Positions 19,231 through 26,743 of a stretch of DNA of 37,680 nucleotides are shown one piece after another; position 1 is the first letter of the stretch; every line of letters starts with the position of its first letter. Under the pieces are notes generated by a model. It was not told the DNA's origin. It did not search any database and saw nothing but the letters and a program-made list of their open reading frames with translations. The position numbers and the translations under genes are program-made. This stretch comes from Chloroflexota bacterium (GTDB lineage Bacteria; Chloroflexota; Dehalococcoidia; Dehalococcoidales; JAZDNC01): NCBI GenBank assembly GCA_043818655.1, contig JBDRFO010000099.1, forward strand, positions 1-37,680, in the 5' to 3' direction.

Positions 19231-19848
19231 ATGAAAATTGGGGTTCTGGGCGGGACTTTTGACCCTGTCCATATCGGACACATCAAGCTGGCGGAGGCGG
19301 TCATGTCCCGACTGGATTTAGCCTGCATTCTTTTCGTGCCTGCGGGGAGACCTTACCTCAAGATGGGCCAGCAAATAACGCCCGCCGAACACAGGTTGGC
19401 GATGGTGCGCCTGGCAGTGGCCGGGCATACTGAACTCAAGGTTGCGACGATGGAGATAGACCGACCGGGTCCTTCCTATACGGTTGAGACCATTGCCGAT
19501 CTGAAAAATGGGCTTCATGCGGATGATGAGATATTCTTCATCATGGGCTGGGACATCCTGGCGGAGCTGCCGCGCTGGCGGGAACCGTTGCGGCTGATTC
19601 AGATGTGCCGCCTGGTGGCTGTCCCCAGGATGGGTTATCCCATACCTGATACCCATTCCATGGATGAGGCTATCCCGGGGTTATCGCGTCGTGTCATGGT
19701 TCTGGGGAAGCCGGTCATCAATATCAGCGCCACGGTCATCCGGGAGAGGGTCGCCCGTGGGCTTTCCATCCGTCACCTTGTCCCTGAGGCGGTTGATAAA
19801 TACATCAAAGAGCACGGCTTGTATCAAGAGGTTGTGGGAAAGACATAA
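19231..19848 (+). CDS. nadD: Nicotinate-nucleotide adenylyltransferase
   Basis: 205 aa with the nucleotidyltransferase motif GGTFDPVHIGH near the N-terminus. Confidence 0.93.
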   Translation: MKIGVLGGTFDPVHIGHIKLAEAVMSRLDLACILFVPAGRPYLKMGQQITPAEHRLAMVRLAVAGHTELKVATMEIDRPGPSYTVETIADLKNGLHADDEIFFIMGWDILAELPRWREPLRLIQMCRLVAVPRMGYPIPDTHSMDEAIPGLSRRVMVLGKPVINISATVIRERVARGLSIRHLVPEAVDKYIKEHGLYQEVVGKT

Positions 19849-19990
19849 CCTCTTTTACTGGCTCTTTACCGTCATTATGAAACTATCCACGGCGAGACAG
19901 GGCATATTTTATCCTCAACCAGGAGAAAATAGCTTTCTTTTGTCCTGTCTTGTTCTGAGAAGCGACGAATTAAGCCCAAACACCCGTTCT

Positions 19991-20017
19991 GTCATTGCGA
20001 GCGCCAGCGAAGCAATC
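19991..20017 (+). repeat. Solo left arm of the hairpin-repeat family
   Basis: GTCATTGCGAGCGCCAGCGAAGCAATC is identical to the reverse complement of the right arm at 26108-26138. Confidence 0.7.
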
Positions 20018-20087
20018 TCAATGCATGCACGTTAAAGATTACCATGGGCACGAACGTACCCTCGGAGTGACACAGAAGTTACAGACT

Positions 20088-20110
20088 ATCCGGAAACTAT
20101 TTTTCTGCAC
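20088..20110 (+). repeat. ATCCGGAAAC-motif copy
   Basis: ATCCGGAAACTATTTTTCTGCAC, overlapping the stop codon of the minus-strand MOFRL gene. Confidence 0.5.
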
Positions 20111-21581
20111 TTCGTCCCATCACCAGGGCAGCCGTCAGGTCGGCCATGCTGATGCTGGGTGTTGCCGCTACCCCGCTCTTCAGGCGCCAGAGCGCCGGTG
20201 AGGTGTTGTGCCGCTTCATTTCTTCCACGATATTGACCCCGGTCTTTGCCGCCTGGGCGATGGTCTCACCGTCAGTAATCCCTCCGGCAAGGCACGGGGG
20301 CATGTCCTCGAATTTCTCCGGTGTGTACTGGATACCGGGCCCGTCCGTCCCGTCGGTGTCCACCGAGCCGATGACGATGTTCTTGCTCCCGGCAATAAAC
20401 TGGGCGGCAGAGAGGGCAAACTCCTGGTTTCGCCCGCCGATGCCGGTTTCTTTGCCCACGGTAACCAGCATTTCACCGCAGGAGAAGAGGGCGCAGGGCG
20501 GCTCGAAGGGGTACCCGGCCCGCTCGATTGCCCGGCAGACCGAGGCAACGTATATCCCCGCCTGGCGTGCGTCAATTCCGTGTAATTCATCGGTCATGAT
20601 GACCGGTTGGAAGCCGAGCGCCGCCGCTTTCTCCATCGCCGCCGGCAGCTGGGGACGCCTGGCCTTCCCTCCGGGCATGACGCAGAAGATGCGGTTGCCC
20701 CAGCTCTCGAACTCCTCCGTCTTGACCGACTCCCACGCCGGGTCCGCCCGGAGCAGAAAATCTTTCACGGAGGCGGGAATCTCGTTCCAGGCATCAAATT
20801 TATTGATGCTGTCAATTGCCGTCTGGAAGGTGGTGTAGTCGGGCAGGGAGTGGAGCCAGAGGTTATGACGCGTCAGCCGCTCCCATGTCGAGGGCACGTG
20901 GGCGATGATGTGTACCGCCTTTGCCGGATGGATATAGCGTGAGATTCTGCCGCCTTTCATCATGTCAACGTGATTCCGGATGGCATTGACGTCCCCGGTC
21001 GGGGCGCCGTGCTGTATCTGCAGCACCCGCGTGACCTCGCTCACATCGTCAATATTGAGTCCGGGCGCCGGCATGGTGAGCAGGGATGAGACGCCGTTTG
21101 CCACGCAGGTAAAGACAAGGTCGTCGCTTCTGACCTTCTCTTTGATCATCGCGTAGATTTTCTCACAACCCCGGACGCAGTCGATGTCGGGTGCCGGATG
21201 CGCACCGAGCGTAACGCCGACCTTCCGGCAGATAACGGCATGTCCCTTCTTGTCCACGACCCATCCGCCGGTAAGCCGCTCCCCCAGGGCATCTTCGACG
21301 GCTTTGGCGACCCGCTGGATGCCTTTTCCCGCCCCGAAAACATAGATGTTCCTGATTTTCGTGAGGTCAAAAACCTCATCACCTGTTTTCGGGGCGCCGG
21401 CAGGTTCGAAGATGCTACCACCGACGATGAGCCTGTCCCCCTCAAGGCGGATGAGCTTCGTGGTGTTGTCGTACGGGTCGGTTGCCTGAAGACCTGCCTC
21501 AAGAATTTCCACCATCGCTCTTCTCCCCGCCTGGTTGCCGTGGGACGTGAGCGCTTCCCTGTTTTCGATTCTCTGTGTCAT
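20097..21581 (-). CDS. Glycerate 2-kinase-like protein (DUF4147 + MOFRL domains)
   Basis: 494 aa. C-terminal MOFRL signature CGEMLVTVGKETGIGGRNQEFALSAA....VDTDGTDGPG. SD GGAGGAGG lies before the ATG. Confidence 0.85.
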   Translation of the reverse strand: MTQRIENREALTSHGNQAGRRAMVEILEAGLQATDPYDNTTKLIRLEGDRLIVGGSIFEPAGAPKTGDEVFDLTKIRNIYVFGAGKGIQRVAKAVEDALGERLTGGWVVDKKGHAVICRKVGVTLGAHPAPDIDCVRGCEKIYAMIKEKVRSDDLVFTCVANGVSSLLTMPAPGLNIDDVSEVTRVLQIQHGAPTGDVNAIRNHVDMMKGGRISRYIHPAKAVHIIAHVPSTWERLTRHNLWLHSLPDYTTFQTAIDSINKFDAWNEIPASVKDFLLRADPAWESVKTEEFESWGNRIFCVMPGGKARRPQLPAAMEKAAALGFQPVIMTDELHGIDARQAGIYVASVCRAIERAGYPFEPPCALFSCGEMLVTVGKETGIGGRNQEFALSAAQFIAGSKNIVIGSVDTDGTDGPGIQYTPEKFEDMPPCLAGGITDGETIAQAAKTGVNIVEEMKRHNTSPALWRLKSGVAATPSISMADLTAALVMGRSAEK

Positions 21582-21662
21582 GCTGCCTCCTCCAGAAATA
21601 AATATTCCTGTATTCTGTTGTCAAGAGGGCTGCAGGTGGAACGCATCGGGACGTGCTACTTT

Positions 21663-22970
21663 TCAGACCAGCCGGCGAAAAACAAGCCCGGCCGGTGCCT
21701 TGGGATAAAAGTAGGTGGACTTGCGCGGCATCCGGTCGCGGACATCGGCAATAGCTTTCACAACATCCGGCCTGATGGGGCTTATCAGGCATGCCAGCTG
21801 GTATTCCCCGCTTTTGACCCTCTCCAGTGCGTCCTGCCTGTCATAGCTGTAGGAAAGGCTCATGTCATCTTCGGCATTCATCCCAAGCAGCCCTTCCAGG
21901 ATGATGTGGTCAAAGATGCTGACATCCAGTCTCCGGTAGATATCGGAGCGGGCTGAAGGCATCATCCTGTCGGTGGCCGACCGGTCACGCTGCCTGAGTA
22001 TCGTGAGGTTCTCCCGGTCGAGACCGTAGAGCACCAGGGCGGTGTTCTCTGTGCCGGATTGGAGCCCGTTAATCCTTTCCCAAGTGTCCGGCAGATTTAA
22101 GGGCAGGGATTCTGCCGTAAAAAATTTGCCGAGCCGCGCGGGCAGTTCCCGCAGAGCACTGTCCGGGGTACCGCGGATGAGCCTGTGGGGCGAGAGGATG
22201 AGCAGTCCGGGGTCGGTAAAGTCAACCAGTGTCATCATGACAAAATTGAATGCCTCCGCACCCGTCACGGTGGGCAGAGAGGCTTTCCGCTCCTGCTGGT
22301 AGAATAAGGCACTCTCGTAGCGGTGGTGCCCGTCGGCGATGTAAATCGGCTCATTCCCCAGTCTCCGGCAAATTTCGTTCACGACCGGAGAATCCGTGAT
22401 CGCCCAGAGCTGATGGCTTTCCCCGTCAAGCGGTCTCGTGGCGATGAGGGGCTTATCCCTCGCCTCTTTCTTAAGGAGCGAGGCGATATTCCCCTCCCGG
22501 TCGGCAAAAAGGGCAAGAATGGGGCTGGTGTTGGCTTTCAGTGTCCGCAAGACATTGATACGGTCGGCCTTGGGGGCGGAGAGTGTTCCCTCGTGGGGGC
22601 GGACGCTTCTTTCCTCCCACGGTGTCAGCCTCACCGCCAGAGTGATGCCACGTCTCCGGTACGCCCTGCCCCGGTAGGTATAGTGGTGATCGTGCAGGTA
22701 AACGGCCGGTGCGGGATGTGTCCTGAGCACCGACAGCTTTAGCCATGCCTCCATTGTTGCCGCCGAGCGGGTATACCTGTTTTCTGTCTCGGTATCCTGC
22801 GGCTTTTGCCGCTCGTATTCAATACGGATGAAGTTGTGTTCGTTGCGTCGGTAAAGCTCCTCCCTTCGCTCCTCGCTGATAACATCATAAGGGGGGCAGA
22901 TAACCTCGGCAACCTCTTTGACCGTAGGCTGACTGTAAAGTATCCCGGGAAACGGGTGAACCTCTGCCAT
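21663..22970 (-). CDS. DUF1015 family protein
   Basis: 435 aa with an N-terminus VHPFPGILYS....VICPPYDVISEE characteristic of DUF1015. Confidence 0.85.
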   Translation of the reverse strand: MAEVHPFPGILYSQPTVKEVAEVICPPYDVISEERREELYRRNEHNFIRIEYERQKPQDTETENRYTRSAATMEAWLKLSVLRTHPAPAVYLHDHHYTYRGRAYRRRGITLAVRLTPWEERSVRPHEGTLSAPKADRINVLRTLKANTSPILALFADREGNIASLLKKEARDKPLIATRPLDGESHQLWAITDSPVVNEICRRLGNEPIYIADGHHRYESALFYQQERKASLPTVTGAEAFNFVMMTLVDFTDPGLLILSPHRLIRGTPDSALRELPARLGKFFTAESLPLNLPDTWERINGLQSGTENTALVLYGLDRENLTILRQRDRSATDRMMPSARSDIYRRLDVSIFDHIILEGLLGMNAEDDMSLSYSYDRQDALERVKSGEYQLACLISPIRPDVVKAIADVRDRMPRKSTYFYPKAPAGLVFRRLV

Positions 22971-22982
22971 CTCTGTCCTTTC

Positions 22983-23606
22983 CTACCAGATAACCAGAAT
23001 ATCATTGATTGTATCATCGTATGAAGGCGGGTCGTAGTAGTAACCTTCTTTTGCTTCTTTGCACTCGTAAAGCCTTTTCCCGATGACCGGTTTGACCACC
23101 TCGTCGAACTGCGGCTCAAAGTACGCAAGCCCGTTGTCAACGGTCTCAAAAGCGACCAGAGCGTGCGCCATACCGGGGTGGCGTATTTCCACCAGGGCGC
23201 ACCTCATCCCCTCTGCCTCGGCAGCGTTGCAGACATCACGGGCAAAGTGGCTGCAGACATAAACCGGGTCGCGATACTCGTTCTCATCCGTTTTGTCACG
23301 GGCAAGGAAGGCGAGGGCATCGGCATAGGTCGGGTCTTTCAGGGTGTAGCCATGCCCCAGGCTTGCATCAACGCCGGACTGGTAGCCCTCGTCATACCCT
23401 TCCAGATGACCCTCTTTTATCCCCGAAGCAAAACCCTCATTATTCCCGTCTGTCCTGCCGTCACTGTACCCTGCCTCCTGACCGGCGGTGTAACCTTGGC
23501 TGTATCCGGCCGATTCCCCGGCTGCCATCGCCACGTTATAGACAGCATAGCAGGCAACGCACAGGGTGAGGAGAACCCCGAAAACGATTGATATTCGTTT
23601 GAGCAT
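22983..23606 (-). CDS. Membrane-anchored G/Y-rich repeat protein with a transglutaminase-like (Cys-His-Glu) C-terminal domain, copy 1
   Basis: The ORF is open to 23627, but the second ATG (23606, MLKRISIVFGVLL...) has SD AAGGTGG 8 nt upstream. It has an N-terminal hydrophobic anchor, four 12-aa G[YF]xxGxxxGxxE units, then ...YVCSHFARDV..33 aa..HALVAFE..FEPQ. It ends 12 bp before DUF1015. Confidence 0.75.
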   Translation of the reverse strand: MLKRISIVFGVLLTLCVACYAVYNVAMAAGESAGYSQGYTAGQEAGYSDGRTDGNNEGFASGIKEGHLEGYDEGYQSGVDASLGHGYTLKDPTYADALAFLARDKTDENEYRDPVYVCSHFARDVCNAAEAEGMRCALVEIRHPGMAHALVAFETVDNGLAYFEPQFDEVVKPVIGKRLYECKEAKEGYYYDPPSYDDTINDILVIW

Positions 23607-23642
23607 TTGGATGACCACCTTTCCCATAATTTCAGAGTAATT

Positions 23643-23672
23643 ATTATACCCTGTAAACAGCCAGAATTGTAA
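23643..23672 (-). promoter_or_regulatory. Candidate promoter of copy 1, conserved in copy 2
   Basis: On the minus strand: TTACAA, 18-nt spacer, TATAAT. The equivalent site upstream of copy 2 reads TATACT. Confidence 0.35.
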
Positions 23673-23767
23673 GTTCTAAATTGCACCCAGGGCAAACGCA
23701 TGTTAATTATTAGAATCAAAAAAAAGAGTGATAAAATAGCCTAATCTGGGGTGTGAGGAGGTGGCGG

Positions 23768-24357
23768 ATGGGGCAAACAGTTATAAGGGGTTTTGAGGAT
23801 TGTTTTGGCACCTTAAAAGATCCGAGGGTAAAGCGTTCTCGGCGGCATGAGTTACTGGATATTATCATTATTGCAGTTAGCGCGATCATCTGTGAAGCGG
23901 AAAACTGGGTGGATGTTGCCGAATTTGGCAGCATAAGGCTTGCATGGTTTCAAGGGTTCCTTTACCGGCCCAATGGTATTCCTTCCCATGATACTTTGAG
24001 AAGAGCGAAGACTCTTCTCAATCCGGAGGAATTTGAACGATGTTTTCTTCTATGGGCAAACGGGCTGCGACAGGCTACCTTAGGGCAGCTTGTGGCGATA
24101 GATGGGAAGATTTTACGCCGTTCTCACGACTCTGCCGGTGGTAAGACCCCTTGGAATTCAGTAAGTGCCTGGGCCAGTGAGAATCACCTGGTACTCGGAT
24201 AGCTTAGAGTAAAAGATGGCTCTCATGAAATAACTGCGATTCCACCCTTACTGAAAATGTTAGCACTGGAGGGAAGCATCGTAACCACTGATGCCATAGG
24301 CACACAGAAGGAGATTGTTAGTCAGATACGGGAACAAAAGGCTGATTATGTCCTTTC
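23768..24357 (+). mobile_element. ISAs1-family transposase remnant (in-frame stop, 3'-truncated)
   Basis: N-terminus FGTLKDPRVKRSRRHELLDIIIIAVSAIICEAENWVDVAEFG...NGIPSHDTLRR...LVAIDGKILRRS...VSAWASENHLVLG matches the ISAs1/H-repeat transposase layout. A TAG at 24200-24202 occupies the position where I recall this family having a conserved Gln. The frame continues as LRVKDGSHEITAIPPLLKMLALEGSIVTTDAIGTQKEIVSQIREQKADYVLS and is cut off at 24357, so the C-terminal part of the DDE domain is missing. Confidence 0.8.
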
Positions 24358-25053
24358 CTACCAGATAACCAGAATATCATTGATTGTATCATCGTATGAA
24401 GGCGGGTCGTAGTAGTAACCCTCTTTTGGTTCTATGCACTGGTAAAGCCTTTTCCCGATGACCGGTTTGACCACCTCGTCGAACTGCGGCTCAAAATAGA
24501 CAAGCCCCTTATCAATGGTCTCAAAGGCGACCAGGGCATGTGCCGTGCTTGGGAAGCGTATATCCACAAAAGCGCACCTCATTCCATCTGCTTCGGCAGT
24601 GTTGCAAACATCCTGGGCAAAGTGGCTGCAGACATAAACTGGGTCGCGATACTCGTTCTCATCCGTTTTGTCACGGGCAAGGAAGGCGAGGGCATCGGCA
24701 TAGGTCGGGTCTTTCAGGGTGTAACCGTGCCCCAGGCTTGCATCAACGCCGGACTGGTAGCCCTCATCATACCCTTCCTGATGACCCTCTTTTATCCCCG
24801 AAGCAAAACCCTCATTATTCCCGTCTGTCCTGCCGGTACTGTACCCTGCCTCCTGACCGGCGGTGTAACCCTGTCTGTATCCAACCTCTTGACCATCGGC
24901 GTCACCCTGTCTGTATCCAACCTCTTGACCATCAGCGTAACCCCTGTTATAGCCAGCAAATTCCCCCGTTACGGTAGCCACGTTATAGACGATATAGCAG
25001 GCAACGCACATGGCGAGGAGAACCCCGAAAACGATTGATATTCGTTTGAGCAT
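24358..25053 (-). CDS. Membrane-anchored G/Y-rich repeat protein with a transglutaminase-like C-terminal domain, copy 2
   Basis: Paralog of 22983..23606 with six 12-aa units. It has the same SD/ATG arrangement (ORF open to 25074) and the same YVCSHFA / HALVAFE / FEPQ positions. Confidence 0.75.
   Translation of the reverse strand: MLKRISIVFGVLLAMCVACYIVYNVATVTGEFAGYNRGYADGQEVGYRQGDADGQEVGYRQGYTAGQEAGYSTGRTDGNNEGFASGIKEGHQEGYDEGYQSGVDASLGHGYTLKDPTYADALAFLARDKTDENEYRDPVYVCSHFAQDVCNTAEADGMRCAFVDIRFPSTAHALVAFETIDKGLVYFEPQFDEVVKPVIGKRLYQCIEPKEGYYYDPPSYDDTINDILVIW
24868..24939. repeat. Tandem 2 x 36-bp coding repeat
   Basis: accctgtctgtatccaacctcttgaccatcggcgtc followed by accctgtctgtatccaacctcttgaccatcagcgta. 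These encode GYRQGDADGQEV / GYRQG.. units on the minus strand. Confidence 0.9.
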
Positions 25054-25406
25054 TTGGATGACCACCTTTCCCATAATTTCAGAGTAATTAGTATACCCTG
25101 TAAACAGCCAGAAGTGTAAGTTCTAAATTCACAGGGTTCTGCCAATTCATGGTTGCTAATCCGATTATTGCCGTCTCAAATGCGCTTGAAAAGCAACCAA
25201 ACGCAAATAGTACCAATTAAACCGGTACCGGTCCGCTGTTTTTCTGGCACGAAAGACACCATCTGGTCTATAATAAGTAAATCGCGGGCAAAAAGGGATG
25301 TGCGGCAGGAAAGGTCGCCTCCGGCTATTCCCGTGAAATCTTTCCGGCTGGCTTCGAAGTTCAGAAAAGAAGTCAGATTTTTCAATCAGCAGGAGGTTCT
25401 TGATAC

Positions 25407-25980
25407 ATGGCGAAAGTAACCATTGGTCCGCGCACAATTCTTTATCCCACCCCCACCGTCCTGGTCGGGGCGAATGTTGATGCCAAACCGAACTTCATGG
25501 CTGTCGCCTGGTGCGGCATCGTCAACGGCCGTCCGCCGATGCTTTCCGTTTCCCTCCAGTACCCCCGCCACACCCTCAAGGGAATCAAGCAGAACGGCAG
25601 CTTCTCCATCAATATCCCTTCAACAGACCTGGTGAAAGAGACGGACTACTGCGGGCTGGTCTCCGGAAGCAATACCGATAAAGTGGCTGACTGCAAGTTC
25701 AATATCTTCTACGGTAAGCTGGGGGAATGCCCCGCTGGTATCCGAATGCCCGGTGAACTTGGAGTTGCGCGTCTTGCATCTGCTCAGTCTGCCCAGTCAT
25801 GCGCTCATAATCGGGCAGGTTGAAGAGGTCTATGTGACGGACTCGTGCATGACGGATGGCGAGCCGGATGTTGACAAGATTAAACCCTTCCTCTGGGTCG
25901 TTCGCCCGACCAACGAATACCGCGCGTTCGGAAAGCTGCTTGGCGAGGCGCACATCATGGGGAAAGAGATAAAAAGCTAA
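25407..25980 (+). pseudogene. Flavin reductase-like (FMN-binding split-barrel) protein, frame-disrupted
   Basis: 25407..25823 encodes the N-terminal part (YPTPTVLVGANVDAKPNFMAVAWCGIVNGRPPMLSVSL). 25753..25980, in another frame, encodes the C-terminal part (NLELRVLHLLSLPSHALIIGQVEEVYV). Removing one G from GGGGG at 25721-25725 gives the continuous ...YGKLGNAPLVSECPVNLELRV.... Confidence 0.8.
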
Positions 25981-26051
25981 AAATCTGATGGGCAGGTATT
26001 TTTAGAGGGTAAGGCATGATACAACTCGAGAAAGGGAGAGAGCTATCGCCC

Positions 26052-26138
26052 CGTCATTGTGAGGAGCGGCAGCGACGAAGCAATCCGTAAAATCAGGTTA
26101 TGGCAGACGGATTGCTTCGCTGGCGCTCGCAATGACGG
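26052..26138. repeat. Complete hairpin copy of the GTCATTGCGAG..GAAGCAATC repeat family
   Basis: Left arm cgtcattgtgaggagcggcagcgacgaagcaatccgt (26052-26088) and right arm acggattgcttcgctggcgctcgcaatgacg (26108-26138) are inverted complements except for an internal indel. The element sits between two convergent genes. Confidence 0.85.
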
Positions 26139-26164
26139 GCCGGGTTACTTTTCCCTTTGGCGGG

Positions 26165-26572
26165 CTACGCCTTGCCCTGCTTCTGCTGCAATTCGGAGAG
26201 GGCAACAGCCATGCACCTGTCCATCACCACGAGAAGACCAGCTTCCCTTGCCCGACCGGCAGCGGCTTTGTTGATAATGCCCTCCTGCATCCAGACCGCC
26301 TTTGCCTTTATCCTGATGGCTTCCTCAACGATGGCCGGGACGAACTCAGCGCGGCGGAAGATGTCCACCGTGTCAACCGGCTCAGGGATGGAGATAAGGT
26401 CGGGATAGCTAGCCTCGCCCAGTATCTCCCGGACACCCGGATTTACCGGGATGATGCGGTAGCCATGTCTTTGCAGGTAGCCGGCAACCTTGTTGCTCGG
26501 TCGCTCCGGGTCAGGGGAAAGCCCGACGATGGCAACCGTGCGCAGTTTCAGGATCTCTGTCTCGGTGCTCAT
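26165..26572 (-). CDS. CoA-binding domain protein (YccU/YneT-like)
   Basis: 135 aa; VAIVGLSPDPERPSNKVAGYLQRHGYRIIPVNP is the typical CoA-binding Rossmann signature. Confidence 0.85.
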   Translation of the reverse strand: MSTETEILKLRTVAIVGLSPDPERPSNKVAGYLQRHGYRIIPVNPGVREILGEASYPDLISIPEPVDTVDIFRRAEFVPAIVEEAIRIKAKAVWMQEGIINKAAAGRAREAGLLVVMDRCMAVALSELQQKQGKA

Positions 26573-26743
26573 ATTTAATTTACCTTTAGTGTCTATCCTT
26601 CAGTTACCGCCTGAATCATGAGAGAGAAGGCGTTGCCGGTTCTGCTAACCTCCGGGAGCTAGTGTCTTGTCAGGCTAATAAGTGACATCAAAGTTACCTT
26701 AACACGCTCATGATGCTAATGGTATGTATTAATCTGACGGGAG

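Larger units (their letters stand above)
22974..23682. repeat. Segmental duplication, copy 1 (gene plus promoter)
   Basis: 709 bp colinear with 24349..25129. Long identical stretches include the stop region tgtcctttcctaccagataaccagaatatcattgattgtatcatcgtatgaaggcgggtcgtagtagtaacc and the 5' region catttggatgaccacctttcccataatttcagagtaatta. Confidence 0.9.
24349..25129. repeat. Segmental duplication, copy 2
   Basis: 781 bp colinear with 22974..23682. The extra 72 bp correspond to two additional 36-bp units. Confidence 0.9.

Noticed and set aside
24200-24202. In-frame TAGs (here and at 37393-37395) as evidence for TAG reassignment or pyrrolysine
   Set aside because: TAG terminates gyrA (7007-7009) and the second CoA-transferase (1343-1345) exactly where their homologs end. 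No pyl genes or PYLIS-like context are visible. Ordinary nonsense mutation or a separate gene is more parsimonious.
22983-25074. The two near-identical genes as a template/variable-repeat pair of a diversity-generating retroelement
   Set aside because: No reverse transcriptase is nearby. Differences are spread over all base types and include indels of whole 36-bp units, rather than adenine-specific substitutions in one short region.
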